From Gnetum montanum (Eukaryota; Plantae; Gnetophyta): 64,000 nucleotides of DNA. Made by a program: the position numbers and the translations under genes. Shown here one piece after another: positions 1 to 13,800 of the stretch (position 1 is the stretch's first letter; every line of letters starts with the position of its first letter). Where the stretch lies: positions 613,415-677,414 of the forward strand of contig MNCI01002706.1 in NCBI GenBank assembly GCA_015680685.1. The letters run 5' to 3'. The notes beneath the pieces were generated by a model that saw nothing but the letters and a program-made list of their open reading frames with translations, did no database searches and was not told the origin of the DNA.

Positions 1-3000
1 GGTGGGCGCTGCTCCCTATGCAGAAAGAATGGGCACCACAAGCTTGATTGTAGGGCTTAAGATGGAGGAGAAAGGCTGATGCGGGCTGAGACCTGTAAGC
101 TAGGAGATGGCGGGGGTTGGATGATTGTTGGGCGCATGGGACTCATTTGTTGCATTGGGCCTTCGAGAAACCGGGCCCCCTGGTCTTTTCAATTTGAAGT
201 AGCTTGGCTGCTCAAGCCTTGGTTGTGGCCTTTAGTTGAAGACATCTGGGTGGACTATAGGCCGGGCTAAGGGGATCCTAGGAATTTTCTCTGGGAGGGG
301 CTCCTTCGTTTGAAGTGGGCTATCCGATCTTTACCTATAGAGGAAAAATTTTTATTCTGGATGGGCCGTGTTGCCCTTTGGACTAGACTGGCCCAGGACA
401 AAAAGCTGGGGAGGACTTGCAAGATGAGGAGCAGAACCTTTTGATGCAATTGCAGGCACTTGACTTGGAAGAGGAAATCTATTGGAAACAAAGATTGCAG
501 GTTAGATGGCTTAGGGAGGGTGATAGATAGACAAAATTCTTCTTTGCTACAGCCAAAACACGTGGGTGGAGCCAAAGACACATGCTAGAGGCTAACACGG
601 GAGAGATGGTTGATGATCCGAAGGACATGGCCAGAGAATTGGCATGATATTGGGAGACGATTTAGGCAAAGCGGCCCACAACGCTTGTGTCTATTCGGGT
701 TCTGCAGGTGTTGGGTGAAGAGGATAATGCTAGATTGTTGACCTTATTTTCTTGGCAGGAGCTAATAGGAATGATTGGGACCATGCCTGGAGGGAAGGCG
801 CTTGGGCTGGATGGTTGGCATCTTGAATTCTTCAAAGCTTTCCTTGATATTGTGGGATCCAACATCCTGGATGCCTTCAATCTAATGCTGGCCAAGAAGT
901 AGGTCTGTCGTGAGCTCAATTGCTCCCGAATTGTGTGCATTCCCAAATGCGTTGATGCTTCCTCTTCGGAACATTTCCGATCCATTGGGGTCTACAACGT
1001 ACTAATCTGTATTTTCTCTAAGATGCTTGTGCAAAGGTTGGCTCCCCTCATGCCCAGACTGGTTAGGGATAACTAGATGGGATTTGTTCAAGGATGAACC
1101 CTGCGGGACTAGGGACCCCTCATGCAGGAGATCCTCCACTCTCTTCGTCTATCGAAGTTCCCTAGGGTATGCGTCAAACTAGACATCACCAAGGCATATG
1201 ATATGATCAGCTGGGAGGTGCTTGTCGTCATTATGCAGCAAAATGGCTTTGACCTGGATTTTATCCAGCTCTGCATTCACTTGCAATCTTTGGTTGGTTT
1301 CTCTTTCAATGTGGGTTGGGGGGGGGGGGGGGGAAACTATGGGGACTCTTATCCTCAGGTAGGGGATTATGGCAGGGGGACCCCCTTTTGCCATTACTTT
1401 TTATTATTAGTATGGACTTGTTGCAATATTATTGCAAGGTTGTGGGCATGGGAGGCCTGGAAATTGTTGGGGTGGAATGTTTGGTTGAACACTATGCAGA
1501 TGACACGATGCTGCTAAGTTGGGTTGGGGTTCCACAAGCACGTGGCATTAACCTGGCACTTACATGGATGGTTGCCGAGCTTGGCCTGGTGATAAACTGT
1601 GAAAAGTCATTTGCACACATCCTCAACGTCGACACTCAAGTGAAAAGTTGGGTTATGCAAATTATTTGGAACTCCTACCTGGGCATTCCGTTGTTTCATT
1701 GGGGTCGTTGTGTGTCCTGGAGGGCGATTTTGGAAAAAATCGAGACTTGGGGGTCAGAAATTGGGCGAACCGTTTCCTTACTTGTAAAGGGCGGCTAGTG
1801 CTGGCGTTGAGGGTGCTGGTTGCAATGGCATGCTTTGTGGCCACTGTTGCTACCCCCTGCATGCGTAAGTCAAGCTATTGACAAGCTCATATGTCACTTT
1901 GTGTGGTTGGGGGGCAAAGAGGAGGGNNNNNNNNNNNNNNNNNNNNNNNNNNNNNNNNCATTTGGGACTGGATTACGCACCCTCGAATTGTGGGGGGTTT
2001 GGGGATATTGAAATTCGAAGACGAATTGATGCTTGGTTAGCAATGTCTATTGCTTTGTTTCACCTGCCAAAATGAAGAGTCGACCTAGTCAATACGGATC
2101 ATGAATGCCAAGTACGTTTGATGGCAGTCAAGGATGCATGACTCGAGGCCATGGCGTACACTTTGCGACCATGCACTGCAAATGCAGTTGTAGGGTGGTT
2201 GGAATGCGAGCCACACCGCCTATTATTGGCCATGTATCCGTCGGTGCCGCGGTGGAAACATATATGGTAGGGACGTTTGCCCGAGAAAATTAAAGTCTTT
2301 TTATGGCTTCTAGAAAGTAACGCCTTGTTGGTATAGATGAATTTAAGAAGGCACGGTCTTGATATCGACACCACCTGCTTGCTTTGTAGGAATGCACTTG
2401 AGACCATCCCATATTTTGCCCTTCAATATGTTTACATGCACACCACGTGGCACGCGACAGGTTGGCCTCCCCCTCTGATGTTGTCAGGCAATTCCAAAGC
2501 CACTTTGCTTTTATGGGTGGTTTGGAAAATCCACAACCATAAAGTTTTCCAACAACGTCGATTGTGCCCCTACCTCCCCACCCCCCCATGCAAGTGGCTT
2601 CACGGGCTATGGCTGGGTGGAAAGAAATTGTTGCAGTAATGGGGGTTACGTCGACCTATGAGCCTGATTGTGCAGCATTCTAGGAGAATACTGAGTTATG
2701 GGGAATGGTGGAACGTTGCGGTTGGAACAATGTCTTGTTGCAGCTGGTGGGAGACCTGACCCTCTCGAACGACGCTTTCTATACCAACTAGTAGGATGAC
2801 CGCATATTTTTCTGGGGCATTGAAATTCTTCTCATGGAACCTACGATTGCCAGATGTCTAGGGGCCTAGGAGGAGGGCGAAATCATTTTGCCCACTACCT
2901 AAGGGCGACAAGATGCTGACATGTTCTTCACTGGGCCGATGCCACGCACGCAAAGTTAGCAAGTGCCCAAATTTGCCTTGCCACTTGTTTGGGCTTGGAT

Positions 3001-4213
3001 TGCTAAGCTGGTTGACCGGTTTTTTGTACAGTCTAGAAATGGGTTCAAACTCCAAGGCATACACTTTGTGTTTCTCAAATGTTTGAAGTTGGGGATTAGG
3101 GTAAATTTGCCTTGCTTCTTTCTGGCTATTTTACAACAGCAGAAGAGGGGGTGCCATTTTGGGCTTATTTTGGCGCTTTGGTGGGGGGTGGCGGGGGTGT
3201 GGCCATGGGCGGGGCCGAGACCGGGTCTTGACCCCTCAAGGTTGTCCTTGCCTGGGCCCTCCTGGTCGGATCCGCCTGGGCTGTCGCGGACTGGGCCTGT
3301 GGTGGTTTATTCCTGAAAGTGGGTTGGCCATCGCAAGTTGGGTGCTTCCAAGCCTATGGTAGTGCCAGACATGAGGTCTTATAGGCAGAGGAGTTGCACT
3401 GCGTGGTGGCGGAGGCATCGACCATTGCTTGTGTTGAAGAAAGGTGTGATTGGGAAGCCAAGTGGCACTAAGCCCTTGTGCAGGCATAGGTTGAACTAGA
3501 GACTTGTTTCTAGGAATGGGAGCAGGAGTTGCTTCGGCAACAAACTTTGTTGGTGTAGGCTACCCAAGCCTGGATAGCTGACGAGCTTCGAGCCCAGATC
3601 TGGAAGGAGCTGTTGTAGGAGGAGGCTACTTGTAGAGAGTGTGAGAGGGTGGAGCGAGCACAACAGGAATGAGAACAGGATGAGGAAAGACAAAGGTAGA
3701 GGCAATTGGACTGGGCACACAAGTAGAGTGCATGCCAATGGCTTTAGGAGGGGCGCTATCCGTACGTTGTTCTAGGCATAAATTGCGATTGCTCGTTGGG
3801 GGGGGGGGTTGCTTCGATGACACATCCGTTGGACGTCCGCGCGTTTTCACCTGGATGGGGGGATGTTGGTTGAAGAGTGGAATTGGCGGGAGGCTGCCAT
3901 GCAAGCAATTTAGCAGGCCGCCAGTTTTGTAGATTCCAAATTGCATTGTAACACGTTGGATATTCTCCACACTCCCGAGTGCCCACAATGCATGTCATAA
4001 ATTGCTAACACATCCATAGTGTCAGGCTACGGTCCCCGCTGTTCCCTGATTGGCTGATTTGGCCTTTTCCTGGATTACGATTGTTGGGGGTTTTTCTCCC
4101 TCCACCCCCCCTGATCATGGGATCATCCATGTTGGCCACCTCTGGTGACCCGATTTTGTACTGTACTTTTCTAGTAATTTCATCCCAAACATTTTCTCAA
4201 AAAAAAAAAAAAA
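1..4213 (+). mobile_element. L1-clade LINE, J-domain family, copy A (5' end beyond the window; decayed), in an SMG1 intron
   Basis: End of APE (SFQFEVAWL), RT (KALGLDGW, KLDITKAYD, QGDPL, VEHYADDTMLL ~1490), zf-RVT (KIKVFLW...CLLC...LWVVWKIHN), extension domain 2640-3200, coiled coil, J-domain 3757-3961, poly(A) 4199-4213. Many stops and frameshifts. Confidence 0.93.
3757..3961 (+). pseudogene. Degenerate J-domain (DnaJ) coding segment of LINE copy A
   Basis: Manual translation YPYVVLGINCDCSLG-(frameshift in G run)-LR*HIRWTSARFHLDGGMLVEEWNWREAAMQAI*QAASFVDSKLHCNTLD. HLD (cac ctg gat, 3848-3856) is one C>T change from HPD. Confidence 0.75.
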
Positions 4214-4698
4214 GTGCGTGCTTTAGAAGATGAATGGTTACAAAATAATTTTTTTCTGAATAAGATCTTAATAATAAAAAATAATTCTAGGATGATAGGG
4301 AATTTCCTATGATCTTATAGATCAGCACATTTGTAACCTTAATTTAAGCTTTTCAATCTAGCTAGTTTCAAAGACTTTTGCAGTTGAATCCCATCCTGTA
4401 AGTCTGGTCTTCTACACAACCTTTCATAGAAAGTATCATATGCCTCTACTACATCGTATGCTCAGCTTTCCAGAACCAAACCTCCCGTATTGCGAAACCA
4501 GCAATAATAGGCGTTCTTTTTTAAAATTCCTCTGCTTGATTTGATTACTTCACCTTCATCATCTTCACTCATATCCCATTCACATTTGTAATCATTCGGC
4601 CACCTTTCCATGAATAACTTATCTGTCTTTTTGTTTACGTTAGATAAGTGCTTTTTTTCTGGATATAAGAACCTATTATAACCAATTGTATGATATAG

Positions 4699-4812
4699 GT
4701 GCTGATCATGAATGGCATCTAGCGCAGAAGAACATGGAGGCGGCTACTGCAAACTTGTCCAATGCAACAAGTGATCTATGCCTTGCAACAATGAAGTGTG
4801 AAGCTAATTCAG
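4699..4812 (+). CDS. SMG1: SMG1 coding exon
   Basis: tgatatag|gt gct gat cat...tca g|gtcttc; (G)ADHEWHLAQKNMEAATANLSNATSDLCLATMKCEANS. Confidence 0.85.
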
Positions 4813-7800
4813 GTCTTCTGCCAATGTTGATTGATATTAATATTCTCAATATCATTTGGCTATTATCTTCTAAATTTTCAGTATTTGGTATGCCTTTTTG
4901 AAAATGATGTTTGAACATGAGCAGAAGAATTGAAGGCCATCTTAATAGGCATGCAAGATATAACTGCTAAAGCAAGTTCTCAGTTATCTATGTTTTGTCG
5001 AGTGGCAAGGGGTCATTCTGCCCTAACAACAGAAACTGGATCATTGCTTGAAGAGGTATCATTGTTATTTATTATTATTATTATTTTGAGTTAGCTGGAT
5101 TCTAACTTCTTATTAAAGCTGATTCCAGAGTTTGTATGGCTGGTTAGTGTTAGGATATTGTTATAATAAATATAATTTTTTAAGCATGAGTTTGCAATGT
5201 ATCTGGCAAAGTAGAGGTATATAGATGGTCTCATTTCAATTTTAGTTTGACACGATGCCTTGTTGCAGCAGCTGACTTGGGATGTGTGGTGTGTAGAAGA
5301 TCCGTTACATGAAAAGGATGGAAAAAATTTTATTTTTAAAATAAAGAACTTGGTTTAATATTATTAATTTATTTTATTGCTATTATAAATTTTGAACTAT
5401 ATTAACTCTGTTGACAAAATTAAATAATACTAAATAAATATTTGAATCTAAAAGTTTGTTGATGCAAATGACAAAAAATAGTGAAATTATTTTATATCAC
5501 CACATAAGCAAGCAAATTTGGTAGGCCCCATTTTGTTGGGACAAGGCTAGAATGATGATGATGTACGCAAACAAATTCTGAATATTCAGGGTACCTATTT
5601 TATAAATTTTAAAGTTAGGTAGACAGGTTAAAGCTATCCAAGGTACAGAATGAAGTGGCATAAAAAGTTCCAAAACATCTAAGAAATTGAGCCAGCATAG
5701 GCAGCATAAAGTTCCAATACTACTCTCAACACCAAGAGTTTCCAACAACTATGCAGCATCCAATTGAAAGTTCTCAGTAGCAAAATGAAAATGTAAAGAT
5801 ATAGAGAAAAATGTCAGGAATTCGTAATATTGAAGCTGCAGAGGAGACTAATCTTGAAACAATTTTTGAAGAGAAGTTTTCCAAATGATTGTTAAAATCT
5901 TAGATTTGAAAATAATATCAAGGTGCTCCAACAGTGTTGCATTCCTGTTATAGACATGATATTTAATGTTGGTTTTGAACTAGAGCTGGATGAATATTAG
6001 TCTGATACTTTTTTAAAGTTAATTTATTATTCAAAAGCTAATGTGGCTAGCCTTCTACTGCTGCCTCCACATTAATTTTTTACGTGGGATACTTTACTAT
6101 ATAACTAGACTTTAAATGTAGGACACTATGTCATAATATATAAAGATCATTGATGCATTTAATGATGCCATGCTAGCTGCTACAGTTATAAGAGGCCCTG
6201 TTCATCAAGTACTAGCTGTTTTTATTATAGCACAAGTTGTTCTTCATGATTCCTATGCCAGAAACCAACAACTAGAAACATATTTTACTTTCTGTAAATA
6301 GTACTCCTGCGATATATATTCTGCTGCATGTAAGGTAGAGGTGTTTTTTTTAAAGGGTTATTTTAATAGAGTTTGGAGGAAGCCTATGATTTCCATTTCT
6401 TCTTCTATGGATTATGATAGTTAAGATTTACTTGTCTTATGCTTCGCTGAACTTGAAATATGGCTAATACCCAATGAGTCCTTGTTATGTGTGCTGGAAT
6501 GATGACGGAGTGGTTCCTAATAAGTTCCACACTTTTCTGCATTTGAGGTACTTACATTGCATTACCTGAGATCCTAGGGTGGCTAAGTTTCTAGGCCAGA
6601 TTAACTAGAATGGTTAAGTTAGTTTCATGTAATTTTTTGGTAACTTTGACATCCTAGGTTCAGTTTTAAAAGATCCCTATCCATGTAATTGAATGGAATG
6701 CACATGTTTTCTCTGGACCCTCCCAGAAGAAGCTTCATTCAATGTTTCAAAAAATTGCAAAAGTATCGTTTTAATGTGTTTGAAAGCAGGGCATTTTATA
6801 TATTATAACTACATAACTTATTATCAATCTTCGAGGTACATAACTGATCAGTCTGTTCAAAAACCTCATTCAATTGATCTCTGGTAACTCTACCTGGAAG
6901 GAATCTATGAAGGTGGACCAAGCGGTTAAGTGCACGTCCAAGAATATCACTATAATTATTTTTCTTTTATTACTGCAAACCAAATCGTTCATAATTACAT
7001 ATTTCTCATGTTATTATAAACCTAAAGATTTACGAAAACCTTAAAATATTTTTGATGTTGATGCAAACAATTTAACTTTGATTAACTTTTAGTAAATTGA
7101 ATAATTATTATTCTGAAGCTTCTTAACCATCTGTTAAATAATATTTGTCTTTGGCCTCTCTTTTGAATTTCATCCCATTTACATTCCAGTATTAAGTTGT
7201 GCAAGTGTAAAACACATGAGCTGATAAAATTTTGCTTATAGTAATTATCTTACTTTTTGTGGGTGAGACTGGTTGGTATAAATATTGTATTTGACTATTT
7301 GTACATAGGGCCTTTACTCTTAGCTATTTTTGAGTAAGTTATTGATCAAATCCAAATGTGTAAACTCTATCTATGTTTTATGTAATTGTGGGTTTCGCAG
7401 GTTTTAGCAATCACAGAGGGAGCTGAAGGTGCACATGATGTCTACAGGCTAGCAAAGGAAGCTGCAGCCCAACACACAGTTTTAATGGTTGAACTTAACA
7501 AGGTTAGCTTCTGAGTCAATGCTATTGCAATTGTATGCATTGTGATATCTTTCATGATCATGGATGTACAACTGTGTCAACAATTTGTGAAGTGTCCCAG
7601 GACCTAAGTTCAAGCCTGGGCACAGCCACTCGAAAGAGGTTAGACTTTCACTTATCCACTGACCCTCCCAGGACCCTGCCTTTTTGGGATGAGCATTGAG
7701 CCTCTGGGTGATGGTCATTTCTTATTTACAAAAATCCCAGAAATTTAAAACAGAATCTGAATTCTGCCAATAGAATTAATATAATGGTCCAGGAAAATTA

Positions 7801-10800
7801 GAGATTAATGGATAACTACTAAAGAACCATAGGTGGTCCACTTTGAAATAATACAAACTTTTACAATTTCATGTTTTAACATTTCCCACACTTTATTCTG
7901 GCCAAATATTTGGCGAAGAATATGGCATTTTGATTGTTGCTCAAGCATTTATCCAACAAGATAACATTGATAACATTGATTTATACCGACTCTCAAATAT
8001 AAAAGCACTGGGCTTCGATATGCAAAAGTTTCGGAACAGCATACTGTCAGATTAAAGGGTTAATGGTTAATCCTTTAAAAGTTGTTGTAGACAGTACGGT
8101 ATGTTCCAGAGCGAAACAACTTCACAAGCAGATTTTTTGGATTAAAATTGAAAGAAAGGATTACTTAGAGCGTAAAGTTGAGGCAAGCAAAAATGATGAT
8201 ACTGTTTCACAGGGTTTTCTGGATGCAGTATTATGTAAATTTGGATTTTCTGATCATGGGTGTTTGGTGCTTAATGGGTATTATCCTACTCCTCTCTCAT
8301 TGTTACTCAATGGGGAAGGCCAAGATAGATTTACAACAGCAACGATTTAAGATAAGGTGATCCTCTACTATCTTTTCTTTTCAATATGATGTTTGAAGAT
8401 TTAGGATGTTTGATTAATAAGAAAGCTAATTGAGTAGAGATTAAAGGAATCACATCAATGTGTGGGTTGCCTAATGTTACACATGCAATTTGTTGACGAT
8501 ACATTTATTTTTATAGCTTAAGAAAGATATGCTCAAAATCTTAAAAATGTGTCGGCCTGTTCCAAGAAAATACTTGGGTATACCTTTATGTCTAGAAAGA
8601 TAAAGATTTATGGACAGGAGTTCTAGAAAGAATGACTCAAAGGTTAGCTATTAAATTGCACTTGTTACCATGATTGGAGGATTATAATGTATTCAAAGTT
8701 GATTTCGTTCATTCCCACTATATTTAATGTCATGTTTATGCACACCGACGCTGAAGGAGGTAGTTAAGAGATTAGGGAAATTAAAAGTGATTTACTTTGG
8801 TAAGGTTTTGAGTCAGGTTAAAGAAACCCATCTGTTGTGTTACCCATGGGAATGTAGTGGACTTGGGACTTAAAAATAATTAGAATATAGCTTTACCTTG
8901 GAATATTATGAATGTGGATGTTAGGTGGGCTAAAGTGGTGAAGTGAAAATACTTGAACTAATAAAGAAAAAGCAGTGAAGTTAAAAATGGCATAGCAGAG
9001 CACATGGACAGAAAAATGACAACATGTGAGAGAAAACATAGAGATAACACTACCCAAAAAAAATCTTGAGGATAACAAATGAAATGAAAAACTGAAATTG
9101 GAACCAGAGCAATAGTTGACACGAAATGACAAATAAGAAACACAATATTTAAGAGGCAAGACCTTGAAGAACACATCATTCCAAAGGAAAAAAAAGAAGA
9201 AGAAGGAAACAAACCATCAATAACAAAGGAAACCTCCATATGAGAAGTCCAGCTGTTATTGCTCAATTGATCCAAATAAGATGTTCCTTAGAATGACCAA
9301 GGATATAACCCTTAAATGAGTAGAGCGATGTTACAAACTCTAATCTGGAAACATCTGGAAGTTATCCTTTTAAAAGGATCTGAACAGTGTAGAACATTCC
9401 AAAGAATCACTTGGAAATTAAAAATGGACCCCACAAAACCATCTAGAAAGAATCCATTAACTAACAATAGCTCATCCCTTACAACAAGGCCATATCTATC
9501 AATTAAACAATAAAGCTACAAGATTTGGCTTCACATTCATACCAATATTATTGCTACATTGGCAATATAGAAGGGGCTTGATTGAGTGCATGCATAGATG
9601 AAAAGTTATTGCATTAAGTCTTAAGATAGTGTGCGTTAGTTATGAAAAATATAAAGATGTGAAAAAGTTGTAGAGACTTACAATATGTTATGCATAGGTC
9701 CAAGTAGGTAACCAAGCTATTTGTGGGAAGAAAGTGGGCCTCATTCTTAAAGTTCATATGATTTTGGAAATGTTATTAATAGTAGAAATTTTAATGATAG
9801 ATAACTTAATGAAATAAGGTTGGATGATGCTTAATAATGTTAGGAATTGCGGTCTTTAGAATGAGAGACATGAAGCCTGTCCAACAGAATTTCAATGTAT
9901 TGAATAATTATTTAAACCATGAGTATAGAGAACTTATAAGATCTATGGTTATGGTATATGATGAACAAGTAGAACCTATAATGGTTCCAAAAACTGTGAT
10001 ATATATTAAAGAACTTACCATCAGCATAGTAACAAATATAAAAATACAAATACATGATGACAACACCAAGCTGTGTACATAGACATCGATTATTATATAA
10101 CTAGACGAATATAAAACATAGAATAAAATAGAAGAGAGTAAATACATAGATAAAGATCTTAGAGAACATAACAATGTTCAATAGGAAAGACCAAGAATGA
10201 CAACCTGGGATGTGTTCTTGATTGCTCTTGTGTTAGATGGTGGAGGTGGAACCCCCTCTTAAATCCTAAGTGGTGGCTTCTCCTTCATCATCTCTTGCCA
10301 GGATGTTGTGGTGGCTCTTTGAAGGATATCATTGGAGTAGCATGTGGTTCCTTTCCTTCTGTAGAGTTTTTGGATCAAGCATGGAAAGGGGAGCATCTTT
10401 CTACCCTTTTCATTTTCCTTAAATTGCTTCTCTATCTTCAAGACATAAGCTATAGCAGGTTAATTGAAAATCGCCCGCTAAGTGGTGTGCAAGCCCTTGC
10501 TGAGAATGATGTAACTTTGCTTGGTCGTACCATTGGATTGAGGTGGTATGATGCAATTTTGAAATGGATCTTTTGAATTGGGTAAGCTCACTGTTTTCCT
10601 TCCTATTCACCCTATAGCATTGCTACATCCATTCCTATTTGCTCTCTTGATTTGATTGGGTGGACACCTCTACAATGTTTGTTCCCCCATTTGGGAGTCC
10701 CAAGACATCAACAATGGCTTCCATCGAGTAGGAGATGGTGATGTTCTTAATTTTAATTGTCACATCTCCTTGTAGTTATTCCAAAAGGGATACATTTCCC

Positions 10801-13800
10801 CTAAGTACCATTCTCCATTTGTTGAAATGGTAGGCCATAAAGGAGATGCTTGCAATTGATCGTGGACCTCTTGGGGTGCAAACTCTAAGAAGGGTTTGCA
10901 ACTTGGCTCTTGCAATATGGAACTATGGATTTCCTTGGTTCTTATCTTCTCTAGGCAGGCCTCTGTAAGGGTCACTTTAATAGTTGATCTTTGTCTTGGT
11001 GTTTCATCCTACCTAGATTGCCTTGTTTCTATAGTGGGAATCTTGCTAATAATCTCCACTTTAGGCTCCTTCCTTATTAGTCTGGTTTCATGGGTGGCCT
11101 TTGCTTCTAGCTCTTGCTAGGATCCTTGTCCTTATCCAACTCATGGTTGCTTTTCTTTCTTTAGGATAGGCCACTTGCCTCTGAGACTCTCTTGGGTGCC
11201 ATGTGCAATCACAATTAGGATCAATTGTTATTTTTTGAACAATATTTATAAGCATTTGACCCTTAATTGTCCTTAAAACTAGTTCAATTTTAGAAACTTC
11301 TAATGTTAACACCTCTAAGTGATTGCAGTATAACATCTTGGAGGCCCTAAGGTAGTTAGTTTATCTCTCTTCTTCTTTTTTTTAAAATTATTTTAATTAT
11401 TTATTAATGTTAACTACCTTAAGCGTTCGAAATTCAAGGTTTTGGAAAGTTTAGAAAATCATAGATCAGGTGCTCCTTTGATGTAGAGCTCAACTTAGGG
11501 AGCTCATAGGTCAAATGGGTCAAATCGGAGGGTTGGTGTGTAAGATATTGCATTTGCAAGGCTTTGGCTTTTGAAAATGACAACAAATCCCTTTGTGCAA
11601 AATGACAAAAATGAAAATTTCCAAGGGCTGTTGCATGTATATATAGTTTTTTTTTTTGTATTGCATCAACATTGCTCCATTGAGTAAGTCCCTTGTGTTG
11701 GTGTAACAATGTTTTTTTTTTGGGTAAAGGTCGGGAAAAAATTTTATTAACAACATTGAAATATGTACATCAATCGAGAAACAAAAGTGGGGAAAAAAGC
11801 CCCTAGTTTCTCCCCCATTAGTCCACCCCTAAAAAGGGGGAGACATACCAGTGGCCAAAGCCAACCAAACAAACATGAGTCCCCTAACCTCCAAGTGTAC
11901 CTTGGTCTATTTCAAATAGCAAAAGTCCCATGTGAATGGGAGAGACAAAAATAAGGACCAAAGCCCATAGTCGAACCAAGACTGAAGAAAAAAAACATAT
12001 ATGATATTTGCCCAAGGTGCTCCAGAAAGCTGGAAACAATTTTACATTTTGTTTTTCAATGCCCCTTTCTAGTAGACATTTGGCGCGCTTTGGCGCTCCC
12101 CCACCCCCCATGTGAATTTAAATGGTGAGTCAGTGGCAGTGGTTGTTTTGTGGACTCTTTGGAGAGCCTGCAACAATATGATTTTTCATTCGGTGCAGCT
12201 TCCTCCTTCGGCTCAGGTGGTGGTGCAAGGGGTTAGATTGTGGCACAAGGCATCAACCGCGATGGGTCCGATGCCAACTTTTGAGTTGGCTTGCATTGTT
12301 TTTCAGAGCAATGAGGTGTTGTGGATGTCGGTACAACGTGTGGGTTGGGCTGAAGTTTTGGGGTTGCTCTAGGGGGATCTGAATCTCATGGATGATTCCT
12401 TTTTCCACAACTATTGTGTAGACGCTATGCTTTTTAGGGGGTCCACATCTCGTTGATAGAGGAGGCATTAGTGGTTTTTCTTGGGGTGTCAACCATGGGA
12501 GATGTCATCCTTCCCCAGGGTCACGACCTCCAAGACGCCCATGTCTTTTTTGATGGGGCAATTCCCAAAACCACTAGTGGATAAGTTCCCAAGTCAGCCT
12601 TGCCCCAATTTTGGCAAGAAGTAGTGGAGTTAGTTGACCGGTTTTTCATATAGTCTAGCAATGCCTCGGAGTTGCAAGGGGTCCACTTCTCTTTCTTGAA
12701 ATGTTTAAAGCTTGGCCATAGGGTTGACCTCCCTAGGTTTTTTTCTCAAGGTACTATGTGGAAACAACGGGGTTGCCATTCTGGGTTGATCCTTGCCCTT
12801 TGGAGGGTAGTGATGCTTGTTGCACCCAGGCCATTGCGGCCTGAGTTGTGGGTGGTGTACAACAAGAGGCCTATGATGGAGGGGAGGGCTTGGCCTTGGT
12901 GATGAGATTGGCCAGTCTTCTAGGGGTTTGGCCCCTTGGGAGGAAACGAATGCTGTTTCATCAAGGATGCTCGACGTGGTTATTCGGTAGGCTATTGTGG
13001 AGGCCAATGCAAAGATTAGGTGCCTTGAGACCGAGAAGGTAGAGGCCGAGGCTATGGCAAAGGCCATTTTGGAGATTGCAAAGGCTAAGGAAGCAAGGGC
13101 TATTGCGGAGGCTGCAATGTAGGCTTAGCAGGAGGAGCGGCTTGTCTAGGAGGCTAAATGGCAAGTGAGGGAGCAGGAGTTCTGTTGTAGCATGGATTTG
13201 CCTGAGTGCTAGTTTGTTGAGTGGGAGAAAGAGATGAAATGGGGTTGGGACCTAAAGGAGTTGGCAAATTGGGTAGCACTTGAGGACTCTCTTTGCGAGG
13301 AGATCCACATAGGAATTTTATAGGAGGAGTGGTGTAGTGCTGAGTTGGAGCATGCATAGCAAGAGTGGCATGAGAGGGAGCAGCGGGAGGTAGAGGAACT
13401 TCAGGGACAGATCGACCGTGCCCATGAACAAAATGCCAGGATGTGGTTGGAGGCAGGAAAATGTCCATATGTTGTTATGGACATTAACTAGTCACATGAT
13501 GGAACTAGTCCAAGAGACCATGAGATTCTTGGAAGTAGCCTACCTTTAGGCATGGGTCATATATTTTTCTAGTGGTACCTCAAGAATGATTTGCATATGT
13601 TAACTAGTTAATTAATTATTTTGTTATCCTTACCAAAGGACTACCTTTAGACATGAATCATAGGACTTTCTAGTGTCGTAGTAAGGTAATACTTTTTTAT
13701 AAAAAAGATATTTTCCAAATAATTAAAAGATGATTAATAATATATCCAAGTGGAGTAGTGAGACTCATGAAGTAAGTTCAAAGAATCAACGAATGCCCTT

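Noticed and set aside
6590-6755. Possible tRNA-derived SINE (A-box-like tagaatggttaag, ggttcag, A-rich end)
   Set aside because: The boxes are degenerate, there is no TSD, and there is no second copy in the window.
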